The notes under the pieces are model-generated. The model made no database searches. It was not told where the DNA came from and worked only from the letters and a program-made list of their open reading frames with translations. 64,000 nucleotides of DNA, taken from the IMG/VR virus record IMGVR_UViG_3300044816_000098, positions 64,001 to 128,000 of that record, one strand, 5' to 3'. Positions 36,306-45,489 of the stretch are shown here, in pieces; the first letter of the stretch is position 1, and every line of letters starts with the position of its first letter. Origin of the DNA: a virus. Both the position numbers and the translations under genes were made by a program.

Positions 36306-38251
36306 TGCCCCGGCACTTGACGACCACCGACGCCACCACCTTCGTCCCCACCACGGACAAGGGGGCCGTGAACGGGGTCGCCCAGCTCGACGGCACGGGG
36401 AAGGTCCCTACGGCCCAGCTCCCGGCCTCCGTCTCCACGGGCGTCTCCTCGGTCAACGGCTTCTTCGGGAACGTCGTGCTGGTGGCGAGCGACGTCTCTG
36501 CGGATCCTGTCGGGGCTGCGGCCTCGGCCCAGACGGCCGCCGCGACCAACGCCGGGTCCCAGATCGCCACGCACGCGGCTGCCGTGGACCCCCACGCGGA
36601 CCGGGCGTACACCGTGACCCAGATCGGGGTGCACGCGGCTGCTGCCGACCCCCATGGCGACCGGGCCAACACGACCTCGCAGATCTCCACGCACTCCGCT
36701 GCGGCGGATCCCCATGGGGACCGCGCCAACACCACGACCCAGATCGCCACACACTCGGGTGCGGCCGACCCGCACGGTGACCGTGCCTACGCCGTGACGA
36801 ACGCGACTTCCCAGATCGCGACCCACTCCGCTGCTGTGGACCCCCACGGGGACCGTGCGTACGCGGACGGCGCGAGCGTTCCCCAGGCGGTCGTCACCGT
36901 TGACCAGCTCCTGGCCAACAACCCCTTCTACGTCGCCCACCGGGGCTCCGGAGGAGAGTACCCAGAGCACACGATGATGGCGTACAGCTCCTCCGTGGGC
37001 CTGGGCGCGCAGGCGATCGAGGTGTCCGTCAACTGCACCGTGGACGGCGTGCTGTTCTGCATGCACGACACCACGCTCGACCGGATGACCAACGGCACCT
37101 GGACCGGCTCCAACGCCACCTGGACGTGGGCTGCGCTCAACCAGAGGGCCAAGGTGGTCGGCACGCCCCTGCTGGGTCCGGCCTGGGCTGACCAGCCCAT
37201 TCCGACCCTGCGCGAGGTGCTCGACCGCTTCCTCGGCAAGGTCGTCATCTTCTTGGAGGCCAAGGGCAACAGCGCGGTGACGCCGCTGGAGAACATGCTC
37301 CTGACCTACCCCGGCGCCACCAAGTCGGTCGTGTGGAAGGCGTACTACCTGGCGAACACCCTGACCTGGGCGAAGTCCCACGGGTTCAAGGTGTGGGCCT
37401 ACGCCGACGCGGCCACCACCTCGGCCGCATTGGATGCCATCGAGGCGAACGTGGACTACTGGGGGATGCCGATCGAGGCGTCCGACGCCCAGATCACTGC
37501 CGTGGTGACCCGCACCATCGTCAAGCCGGTCATGTGCTGGGAGGTCCACCGCCGGAGCGACGTGACCCGGCTCGCGGCCCTCGGGGTCAAGGGGATGATG
37601 TGCGCGCAGTACCTGTACGTCACCCGCTCCACTGCGCTGGCCCTGACGGATGACTTCTCCACCCAGGTGAAGTCTCCGGGCAACTTCGGGCCACTCCACC
37701 TGGACCCCTTGGCGGCCATGAAGTGGGACACCGGCGCCGGGGCCAACGTGGTCTACCTGAACAAGATCGGCGGGGCGTCCATGACGCTCGGTCGGTTCGG
37801 CCCCGTGGTGCCCGGCACCAACGGATACAAGATCACCTTCGGCATGATGTACCCGGTGCTGCCGACGTCGACCCTGCATTCGGGGTTTTACTTCGGCAAG
37901 GCGTCCGACGACATGTACACCTTCTCGTCGACCTCGAACGTTACGAGCGGCTACCACTCCGCATTCCGGGGCAATGGGGACATGCAGCTCTATACCCATA
38001 CCGCCGGGGTGGCGACCGGCACCCAGCTCAACACCGTCTCCACCGCGACCCCCATCGCGGGCACCTGGATGACCTTCGAGATCGAGGTCAACCCGACCCA
38101 GGTCATCCTGCGCAGGACCGACGGCACCCCCGTCACGCTCACCACGGCGACCACCACCTTCCGGGGTGGCTACTTCGGCTTCCACAACGGATCGCTGACC
38201 GACATCACCTCGTGCCCCCGGTTCAGGAACATCACCGTCGTGTCGCTGTAG
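36305..38251 (+). CDS. virion-associated glycerophosphodiester phosphodiesterase with repeat stalk
   Basis: VAHRGSGGEYPEHT, IEVSV, MHDTTLDRMT, PIPTLREVL, FLEAK; true start at the TAATG overlap. Confidence 0.85.
   Translation: MPRHLTTTDATTFVPTTDKGAVNGVAQLDGTGKVPTAQLPASVSTGVSSVNGFFGNVVLVASDVSADPVGAAASAQTAAATNAGSQIATHAAAVDPHADRAYTVTQIGVHAAAADPHGDRANTTSQISTHSAAADPHGDRANTTTQIATHSGAADPHGDRAYAVTNATSQIATHSAAVDPHGDRAYADGASVPQAVVTVDQLLANNPFYVAHRGSGGEYPEHTMMAYSSSVGLGAQAIEVSVNCTVDGVLFCMHDTTLDRMTNGTWTGSNATWTWAALNQRAKVVGTPLLGPAWADQPIPTLREVLDRFLGKVVIFLEAKGNSAVTPLENMLLTYPGATKSVVWKAYYLANTLTWAKSHGFKVWAYADAATTSAALDAIEANVDYWGMPIEASDAQITAVVTRTIVKPVMCWEVHRRSDVTRLAALGVKGMMCAQYLYVTRSTALALTDDFSTQVKSPGNFGPLHLDPLAAMKWDTGAGANVVYLNKIGGASMTLGRFGPVVPGTNGYKITFGMMYPVLPTSTLHSGFYFGKASDDMYTFSSTSNVTSGYHSAFRGNGDMQLYTHTAGVATGTQLNTVSTATPIAGTWMTFEIEVNPTQVILRRTDGTPVTLTTATTTFRGGYFGFHNGSLTDITSCPRFRNITVVSL
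36560..36870 (+). repeat. five ~60-bp in-frame repeats (QIxxHxxAxDPHGDRA)
   Basis: Visible in the translation. Confidence 0.85.
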
Positions 38252-38258
38252 CTCTCTG

Positions 38259-38292
38259 CTGTCACCCCTTCCGCCAGGACGAGGAAGGGGTG
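38259..38292 (+). promoter_or_regulatory. late-gene motif
   Basis: CTGTC-N20-GAAGGGGTG. Confidence 0.75.
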
Positions 38293-38313
38293 GAAGCAGT
38301 AGGAGGAGGACAC

Positions 38314-41300
38314 ATGGGGCTGGGACGCCGCGAGAGCAGTCACGACACGGCTCTCTCCCGCAAGCAGGGTGTTGGGGACTACCCGACCACGTTCATGCCG
38401 GGCCAGCGGGTGATGACGGTGGACGGCATCCCCGGGATCATCGACGGGATCGACTACTCGCCCCAGATGGGGGAGCAGTACGAAGTCACCCTGGAGAACG
38501 GCGCCGGGCACGGTAACTACGCCCCTTCCCAGCTCTCCCCGATGGCCGGGCACATCGCGTCGGGCGCGCACCTGGCGAGCGACGACTACCCGGAGCTGAC
38601 GGAGATCCTCCGGGAGCGGCCGGACATTGCTCTGCCGACCCACGTGGGTTCGCTCCAGACCACGGCTGCGACCCGGGCGGACTTCCAGTTCGAGCACGAG
38701 GACACGGGCATCGGTGGGGTGAAGTTCGGTCCCAAGCAGCACCTGCGCGCGATCCACCCGGAGACGGGAGAGCAGGCCGGGAAGCTGACGTACTTCGCGC
38801 CCAAGCGCAAGGGGTCCCCGGTGACAATGGACAGCCTGACCACGAGCCACCCTGGCGCGGGGTCCGCGCTGATGGACGAGATGGAGTCCCGACACCCGGG
38901 AAGCCGGGTCGTACACGACCAGCCCATGAGCAAGGGCAAGCCGCACTACGACCACCCGGATTACGGCAAGCCGACGGACTGGGAGTCTCGCTTCCCGAGC
39001 CTGCCGGATCAGGTCCATCGGGGCATGAGCGTGCGTCTGGAGGGGTCGGACGCCCGCGCGGTGACGAGCGGGAACGGATCGGCAGCCGAGCACGGGGAAC
39101 TCCTGAAGCAGCACCTGCAATCCACGGGCCCTCTGGGCATGCACTGGTCCACCAGCGAGGACATCCCCCGGAACTTCGCGCACCGCAATATCCGCGACCC
39201 CCGGCAGGACGTGCCGGTGATCGTGCACGCCGACCGGCCGGAGGCCAAGGACATCGAGACCCGGCCGCAGGTCCTGAAGGACCGAGGCGTCTGGTCGCAC
39301 GACTACGAGCACGGTGATGCCGAGGTCCCGGTACGCAAGGGCCGGAAGCTCAATCTGCGGGGAATCTCCTGGAAGCCGGACGCCCCGCATCCGGAGGCCG
39401 ACGCCGACGGATGGGTGCACCACACCTTCGAGGGCACTCAGCACAAGGCGTCCCTGATCGTGGTGGGTGGCGACGACGACGGCGACTACCGGATGCAGCA
39501 CAAGGCGCCCACTCCTGGCGAGGGGAACAACCACCTCGGCGAGATGGGCTATGCGGGGGAGCACGTCCCGATCTACCGGTCTGCCCCGCACGGGGTCCAC
39601 ACCATCAGCCCTGGTGACTGGGTCTCCACCAACGCGGACTACGCCCACCAGCACGGTATGCACGGCACCAACTCGGAGAAGGACTGGCCCGTCCTGACCG
39701 CCCACGTCCCGGCAGAGCATGTGTGGACCGACCACAACGACGAGAACGAGCAGGGGTACCACGGCCCCCCGATCCACGAGGCAGACTTCCACCACCCCGA
39801 GCTGGGCGAGGTCTCTCACAGTGACGCCCACGCGGCACAGGACGAGCACCGGGAAATGGGCATCCACCTGCTCTCGGAGAAGCCCGCCCCGGAGACCCAC
39901 ACCGGCGCGGCGGTGCAGTTGAGCCCCGAGGACCACGCGTTCGTCCACGACTCCTCGAAGCCGATCCACGAGCGGGCGCAGAGGGTCTATCAGGCCACTC
40001 GGGACAACAGCAACCACCTGTACAACGACGATCACGAAGATGCCCAGAGCGCGGCAGACGACGCCGATGTGGACGCGTACGACCTGAACGAAGACCACGG
40101 CAAGGATCCCCAGTCGCTCACCCACGTGGTTCTGCACGGGCACGAGGGCAATGGCGGCCTGCACCACGGGATCTCGTGGGGCGGAGCCGATGAAGCGGGT
40201 GCGCCGTTGTACCCCAAGGAGTACACGCACCATCACCTGGTGGACGGTAGTCACATGAAGACGGCCGGGGCCTTCAACGGTATGGACGGTGGGTTCGAGG
40301 ACGTCTCCGACGAGGACCCCAACGAGGACATCGTCACCCACGGGTCTTTCGACCCGTACGACCTGCTCACCGTGGCAGCGGTCGACCCGGTCTTCCGCTT
40401 CCACATCACCGCGTCCTGGGCTGACGTCCAGCGCAAGGCCAAGCGCATCCGCTCCGAGGGCAAGGTGCGGATCACCCTCGCCTCGGACGGTCTGGTGATC
40501 GGTGAGGTCCAGGGCGACCACCACGTCTACGAGACCGGGGTGCAGCGCTTCCCCGGCTCCAAGCACTCGGTGGCCACCTACACCTGCGGCTGCAAGTGGG
40601 GCGCGTACCACTGGGGCGCGAACGACGACTTCTCGCGGTTCGCGGGCAGGATGTGCAGTCACGCTCTCGCGCTCCAGTACGAGGCGTCCAGCCGGGGCAT
40701 GTTCGGCCGGGACGTCAAGGAGGACGGCTCCAAGCCGGACTGGGTCCCGAAGAAGATCGTCCTGCGCTACGACATCGACGAGGGCGACAACGTCATGGCG
40801 AGGTCCTCCTCCCTGGAGGTCACGCCCCTGATCGCTCTGGCCCACTGGGCCGAGGCTCAAGGAGACGATCAGGATGAGTTTCACCTCGCCCTGGTCTGCG
40901 CCGGGCTGAACGTCACAGCCGCCGTGAGTTCTCCGTGGGGCGAGCCGTCGGCTCCCCGGCCGAACTACACGCCGGGCCCGACCAAGCCCCGGGATCCCTC
41001 GGAGAACCCCGCGTCGGCAGGATGGGCCTCGCAGGGCGACCCGGACAACTGGGGGTCCATCGAGGGCAACCAGCTCGGGGACCGGATCGCGGCACTGGAA
41101 GACGATGCGTTCCTCTTCGAGGGATCCATCCCCGAGGAGGTGGCTCAGTCCGATGATCCCCAGGCGTCCGTACCGGGTCTTCATCAGAACGACGCCGACC
41201 CGATCTCTGCTTCTGCGGCCCAGGAGGGCCCGCCGCGACCCTCTGGCCCCAAGGGTGGTCCGGGCGGCGATATGCCTCCTGGACACCCCGGTATGCCGGA

Positions 41301-41712
41301 GCACGATGAGCTGAAGAACGGCACCGAGGCGACCCTCCACATGGAGCCGGAGGGGGCGCTGCCGTTCACCGACGGCGATGGGCCGGACCTGTCCGACGAC
41401 GAGTCCCTCACCCCGCCCCACACCGCGTCCGTTGAGGACACCGTGGCGGCCTTCCAGGCCACCGCCGGATACCTGATGGCCGGTGGCCCTTCCACGGCCC
41501 CCACGGGCGACCTGGGGGACATCGCGGCGGCGGCCAAGGCCCACCTGGCCAAGACGGCCGTGAAGGACTACAGCTCCGCTGAACAGGCTGCGATCATCAA
41601 CGAGGGTTCGAACGGTGTCCGTGCCGCGAATCTGGACCGGCTCGACATCGCAGACACGCACTACGCGCTCATCGACTCGGGAGAAGAGGACGAAGGATCA
41701 TGGCTGAACTGA
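38314..41712 (+). CDS. polyvalent protein: SH3-like, GNAT-like, two ART-like domains, SWIM finger
   Basis: AGGAGGAGG RBS; VHRGM..HWST..DAEVPV; IYRSAP..GDWVST..ENEQGY; CGC..CSH. Confidence 0.75.
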   Translation: MGLGRRESSHDTALSRKQGVGDYPTTFMPGQRVMTVDGIPGIIDGIDYSPQMGEQYEVTLENGAGHGNYAPSQLSPMAGHIASGAHLASDDYPELTEILRERPDIALPTHVGSLQTTAATRADFQFEHEDTGIGGVKFGPKQHLRAIHPETGEQAGKLTYFAPKRKGSPVTMDSLTTSHPGAGSALMDEMESRHPGSRVVHDQPMSKGKPHYDHPDYGKPTDWESRFPSLPDQVHRGMSVRLEGSDARAVTSGNGSAAEHGELLKQHLQSTGPLGMHWSTSEDIPRNFAHRNIRDPRQDVPVIVHADRPEAKDIETRPQVLKDRGVWSHDYEHGDAEVPVRKGRKLNLRGISWKPDAPHPEADADGWVHHTFEGTQHKASLIVVGGDDDGDYRMQHKAPTPGEGNNHLGEMGYAGEHVPIYRSAPHGVHTISPGDWVSTNADYAHQHGMHGTNSEKDWPVLTAHVPAEHVWTDHNDENEQGYHGPPIHEADFHHPELGEVSHSDAHAAQDEHREMGIHLLSEKPAPETHTGAAVQLSPEDHAFVHDSSKPIHERAQRVYQATRDNSNHLYNDDHEDAQSAADDADVDAYDLNEDHGKDPQSLTHVVLHGHEGNGGLHHGISWGGADEAGAPLYPKEYTHHHLVDGSHMKTAGAFNGMDGGFEDVSDEDPNEDIVTHGSFDPYDLLTVAAVDPVFRFHITASWADVQRKAKRIRSEGKVRITLASDGLVIGEVQGDHHVYETGVQRFPGSKHSVATYTCGCKWGAYHWGANDDFSRFAGRMCSHALALQYEASSRGMFGRDVKEDGSKPDWVPKKIVLRYDIDEGDNVMARSSSLEVTPLIALAHWAEAQGDDQDEFHLALVCAGLNVTAAVSSPWGEPSAPRPNYTPGPTKPRDPSENPASAGWASQGDPDNWGSIEGNQLGDRIAALEDDAFLFEGSIPEEVAQSDDPQASVPGLHQNDADPISASAAQEGPPRPSGPKGGPGGDMPPGHPGMPEHDELKNGTEATLHMEPEGALPFTDGDGPDLSDDESLTPPHTASVEDTVAAFQATAGYLMAGGPSTAPTGDLGDIAAAAKAHLAKTAVKDYSSAEQAAIINEGSNGVRAANLDRLDIADTHYALIDSGEEDEGSWLN

Positions 41713-42137
41713 CGAAGGAACTCGCAGAGGGCGAGACCGAGGAAGAACTCAACGGCGGCCTGATGCGTCCCCCGCTGGCCGGTACCGAGCTGTTCGGCGG
41801 GGACCACAAGTCCCTGGAGGTCACCCGGGAGGTCGGCCTGATCCAGCTCCTGGACGAGATCGAGGAGCGGTTGGGGGACCGGGACAAGTTCCACGTCGCG
41901 ATGGAGACGAAGGACCACCAGGCGCCGGTCTCGGACACGAACCCGATGACCATCCACATCCACCCGTCCGAGGTGGACATGCGCACCGTACGGGGCGTCG
42001 TGGAGTCCCACGTCGTGGACCCGGACTACGGCAAGACCGACGAGGACAAGAAGCTGGAGTCGCTCAAGGCCCGCCTGGCCAAGGGTGACCTGTCGCTGAA
42101 GGACCTCAACGTCATCCTCAGGTCCGTCATCGCCTAG
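41700..42137 (+). CDS. hypothetical protein
   Basis: RBS, high GC3. Confidence 0.75.
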   Translation: MAELTKELAEGETEEELNGGLMRPPLAGTELFGGDHKSLEVTREVGLIQLLDEIEERLGDRDKFHVAMETKDHQAPVSDTNPMTIHIHPSEVDMRTVRGVVESHVVDPDYGKTDEDKKLESLKARLAKGDLSLKDLNVILRSVIA

Positions 42138-42140
42138 GTA

Positions 42141-42169
42141 TTGCACTACAAGGATCCTTGTAGTAGCTT
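42141..42169 (+). promoter_or_regulatory. early-type promoter/operator inside the late region
   Basis: TTGCAC-17-TAGCTT; perfect palindrome ACTACAAGGATCCTTGTAGT. Confidence 0.75.
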
Positions 42170-42208
42170 CGGAAGTGACAGAAGTTCCGGACTCCCTAGG
42201 AGATCACC

Positions 42209-42454
42209 ATGGCGTACTTCCTGGACCAGGGCTTGGCCGACCTGACCGCGAACGAGCAGGGGAAGAAGAAGGGGCGCTCCGGCTACAACACCGGTGCCTC
42301 CTTCGGCACGGCCACGGCCGCGAGCCCCACCGCCAAGAAGACGAACCGGTACGCGGCGGACTGCACCGCGTGCGGTAACCGTGTGGCCGAGGGCAAGGGC
42401 ATTCTGGACAAGAAGAACGGCGCTTGGGTGACCACTCATTCGAGCTGCCCCTGA
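42209..42454 (+). CDS. small Zn-binding protein
   Basis: NRYAADCTACG..HSSC. Confidence 0.7.
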   Translation: MAYFLDQGLADLTANEQGKKKGRSGYNTGASFGTATAASPTAKKTNRYAADCTACGNRVAEGKGILDKKNGAWVTTHSSCP

Positions 42455-42471
42455 TCCTCATGGAGGCCCCC

Positions 42472-42714
42472 GTGTCGTCAAACATCGACAACAGACTCTC
42501 CCGCCGCAGGCCGCACACGCACCCTGCGGGGGAGGAGATGTCCATCCCTGAGCTGAGGAACCACCTGGTCAAGTACCACGGGTGGTCCATCGGCCAGATA
42601 CTCCAGCGCGGAGACGTGGATGGCGGGGGCTACATGAAGCAGTTCCACGAGAACGAGCACGCCACCTCGCACCTGGATCCTCGGGGGTACAGCGCGACCG
42701 CCGAGGACTCCTAA
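42472..42714 (+). CDS. single His-repeat protein
   Basis: MSIPELRNHLVKYHG..FHENEH; GGAGG RBS. Confidence 0.6.
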   Translation: MSSNIDNRLSRRRPHTHPAGEEMSIPELRNHLVKYHGWSIGQILQRGDVDGGGYMKQFHENEHATSHLDPRGYSATAEDS

Positions 42715-42914
42715 TGCCCACCTGGGTCATCACTCCACTGCCGGACGGCAGGTACGAGCTGAAGGTGCGAGGGCGCCCGGCCAGGACGGTAGAGGACGAG
42801 GACGAAGCCTGGCGCTACATCCGAGGCCAGATGGAGCCTGAGGACCGCGTGCAGATGACGGAGAAGGACGGATATCGCGTCCCCATCACCCGCAAGGTCC
42901 GCAGGGCGAAGTAA
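42714..42914 (+). CDS. hypothetical protein
   Basis: TAATG overlap, RBS. Confidence 0.65.
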   Translation: MPTWVITPLPDGRYELKVRGRPARTVEDEDEAWRYIRGQMEPEDRVQMTEKDGYRVPITRKVRRAK

Positions 42915-42963
42915 CAAGGATCTTCCGAGTACCAGACTCCCGCCAGAGGACAAGGACTTTAAA

Positions 42964-43695
42964 ATGCAGATTCAGTACATGAAAGCCGGTGTTGTTTACG
43001 CACACCGCACGCGAAGCGACGGAGAGTACACGCCGGTCATCCTGCTGGACACCCAGTTGCGGCAGATGAGACGGCCTACTTCCTATACCGATCCCGTGTT
43101 CCGTCTCGCGCCGCCCAAGACGAAACCCTCGCTGAAGTCCTCGCGGACCTACGGCGACCGGAACTTCGTCCCGACGGGCTACGTGGCGATGTCGATCGGC
43201 CGGTACGGGGCGCACGTCGGGCCGATCGACGACATCGCGCCGGAGCAGTACACGGACTCGGACTGGCGGATGGAGGAACTGTGCCGGTTCATTCCCCTGC
43301 TCCCCACGCTGGTGGAGGACTTCACCCGTGATCCCGCCGCGATGTCGGATCTGGGGAAGCTGGTCGAACTCTCCGTCGTCCTGCCCCGGAACATCGCGGG
43401 GACCTGGGGAAACATCATCGGTCTCTACAACAAGAGGGTCGCCGAGACCGAGGCCAAGAACGAGGGCACCCAGGCTCAGGCCACCGAGACCAACGCGACG
43501 ATCAAGGCTCTGGTCGGCAAGGTCCGGGAGATCATCGCCGACCATCCGCACAGCGTCTCGTCCCAGTCCGTCAAGGTGAAGGACTCCTTCAACAAGGAGT
43601 TCCCGAACTGGATCGAGCACCGTGGGTCCATCACGTTCGAACCTGATGCGCTCCTGGCCTTGCTGACCTCCCTGGGTGTAGAGGTACACTCGTAG
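42964..43695 (+). CDS. hypothetical protein
   Basis: AAGGA RBS; 243 aa. Confidence 0.75.
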   Translation: MQIQYMKAGVVYAHRTRSDGEYTPVILLDTQLRQMRRPTSYTDPVFRLAPPKTKPSLKSSRTYGDRNFVPTGYVAMSIGRYGAHVGPIDDIAPEQYTDSDWRMEELCRFIPLLPTLVEDFTRDPAAMSDLGKLVELSVVLPRNIAGTWGNIIGLYNKRVAETEAKNEGTQAQATETNATIKALVGKVREIIADHPHSVSSQSVKVKDSFNKEFPNWIEHRGSITFEPDALLALLTSLGVEVHS

Positions 43696-43737
43696 CGGAC
43701 TTGGTGATCTCTGGCAGGACACCGCCAACGGAACGAA

Positions 43738-43774
43738 ACGAAACCCCTGGAGCCACTGGCCCCAGGGGTTTCGT
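43738..43774 (+). terminator. hairpin terminator
   Basis: ACGAAACCCCTGG/CCAGGGGTTTCGT. Confidence 0.7.
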
Positions 43775-43775
43775 G

Positions 43776-43809
43776 CTGTCTCAGGAGCCCCTAGCCCATT
43801 GAAGGGATG
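43776..43809 (+). promoter_or_regulatory. late-gene motif
   Basis: CTGTC-N20-GAAGGGATG. Confidence 0.65.
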
Positions 43810-43902
43810 AGGAGCAATCGCATCAATCGGTTGGAGGAAGTACTCCAATGCCTGCTCAGAGTGGTTCTCCGACCACGCCTGACGTCCACTTAGGAGGGTT
43901 TC

Positions 43903-44274
43903 ATGCCTGATCCGACCCTCCCGAAAGAGGACTTCAACAGGTATGTGGATCGGCACGATCACCAGCACGCTGAGCTGGACGGGCGTCTTGCACGGGACAT
44001 GGTCCCCATGTCCATGTACATCGCCGATCAGCGATCCCAAGAACGGCGTCTGACCACGCTGGAACACAGCATCTCGGATGGGGTGGCCCGGCATGATCGG
44101 GACATAGCCCTGAAGGCGGACACTGCCGACGTCGCGCTGATCGACCGACGGATCGTCGCGATCGAGCAGCGTCCGGCCAACATGCGCAACTACCTGATCG
44201 CGTTGGCCGGACTGGCATTGACCCTGCTGGGCATCGTCGTCAGCGCGTACTTCTCTTCGAGAGGCTCAAGCTGA
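43903..44274 (+). CDS. coiled-coil protein with C-terminal TM (lysis-associated)
   Basis: RBS; C-terminal hydrophobic helix. Confidence 0.7.
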   Translation: MPDPTLPKEDFNRYVDRHDHQHAELDGRLARDMVPMSMYIADQRSQERRLTTLEHSISDGVARHDRDIALKADTADVALIDRRIVAIEQRPANMRNYLIALAGLALTLLGIVVSAYFSSRGSS

Positions 44275-44275
44275 C

Positions 44276-45103
44276 ATGAGGACGTGGCTGATCAAGCATC
44301 AGGTGGCGGCACTGCGGGTGTCGTTCGCCGCCGTGTTCGTACTGATGGTTCTGGCGGGTATGTACGTTTCTCGCCAGATCTCCGTCTTGTCCAGTCGCAC
44401 CAACCAGCAGGGTGAGGTGATCGTCCAGCTCTCTAGGAGCCTCGATACCTCGCGCAACCAGCTCACGGACCATGGGATCAAGCCCAAGGAGCCTCCGGCC
44501 AACCAGATCGTCCAGGGGGTTCAGGGTGCGCAGGGATCCCAGGGCCAGCCCGGCCAGAACGGTCTTCCCGGCGCTCCAGGCGTCCCGGGTACGAGCGCCA
44601 CCGGTAAGCCGGGGGCAACGGGCCCCAGCGGTCCGCCAGGCCCCTCGGGAGCATCGGGTAAGCCCGGAGTGGCCACGACCGGCGCTCCGGGCGTCCAGGG
44701 GGCTCCTGGAGTCGCGGGCAAGGATGGGGCGAACGGGGTCGACGGCAAGGATGGCGCCAAGGGCGCGGACGGTCAGAACGGAGCCCCGGGGCAGGCGGGC
44801 AAGGACGGAACCGACGGCAAAAACGGTTCTCCTCCCGCCGGTTGGACCTGGAAGGATGCTGCCGGGCAGAACTACACCTGCAACCCGGACGACCCCTTCG
44901 ACGTGGACCATCCCCACTACACCTGTGCGGCTGATGCCCCGGCGCCCAGCCCGAGCGATACGACTTCTCCTCCCGCAACGGCAATGGCTCGGAAGACCTC
45001 ATATGTCATACCGGCAGGGGATAATGGGCATAAGGACGGCGAGGGAACACCATTTCTCGCCGGTGCGTTCTTCGCTGTAGTCCCTGAGCGGAAGTACGTG
45101 TAG
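44276..45103 (+). CDS. membrane-anchored collagen-like protein
   Basis: N-terminal TM, coiled coil, long Gly-X-Y run. Confidence 0.8.
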   Translation: MRTWLIKHQVAALRVSFAAVFVLMVLAGMYVSRQISVLSSRTNQQGEVIVQLSRSLDTSRNQLTDHGIKPKEPPANQIVQGVQGAQGSQGQPGQNGLPGAPGVPGTSATGKPGATGPSGPPGPSGASGKPGVATTGAPGVQGAPGVAGKDGANGVDGKDGAKGADGQNGAPGQAGKDGTDGKNGSPPAGWTWKDAAGQNYTCNPDDPFDVDHPHYTCAADAPAPSPSDTTSPPATAMARKTSYVIPAGDNGHKDGEGTPFLAGAFFAVVPERKYV

Positions 45104-45122
45104 CGGCAAGTAGGAGGTCACC

Positions 45123-45404
45123 ATGACCCCTCAACCCACCCACCAGTCCCAGAACAATGTCCTGGTGTTCATGGTCGTAGCACTCTTCATGCTCACCATC
45201 GCTCTCACTGCTGTCTTCTACTTCAGCAGCAAAGATCGACTGGACACCATTCGGCAGAACCAGCAGAACGGCCAGCAGAGCAGCTCGGTTCAGCGTCAGG
45301 ACCTGACCAAGATCACCTGCTCCATGTGGCACACGATGATCACCTCGCCGAACGCACACCCGTCCGACGAGACCCGCAAGCAGATGGTGGCCCTCTGCGG
45401 CTGA
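45123..45404 (+). CDS. small membrane protein
   Basis: AGGAGG RBS, one TM, two Cys. Confidence 0.7.
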   Translation: MTPQPTHQSQNNVLVFMVVALFMLTIALTAVFYFSSKDRLDTIRQNQQNGQQSSSVQRQDLTKITCSMWHTMITSPNAHPSDETRKQMVALCG

Positions 45405-45410
45405 CCGCTC

Positions 45411-45444
45411 CTGTCCGGACGTATGTACGGCCCCCGAAGGGGTG
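45411..45444 (+). promoter_or_regulatory. late-gene motif
   Basis: CTGTC-N20-GAAGGGGTG. Confidence 0.75.
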
Positions 45445-45489
45445 GAGACCGTTTCGTACGGTCCGGTCGCTACCCCGAGGAGTCGCTCC

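Noticed and set aside
37723-38313. Upstream extension of the 1329-aa ORF
   Set aside because: Overlaps GDPD out of frame; strong RBS and late motif point to ATG 38314
23833-41661. Long minus-strand ORFs (895, 712, 653, 1163 aa and others)
   Set aside because: Antisense shadows of high-GC3 plus-strand genes; no motifs or RBS
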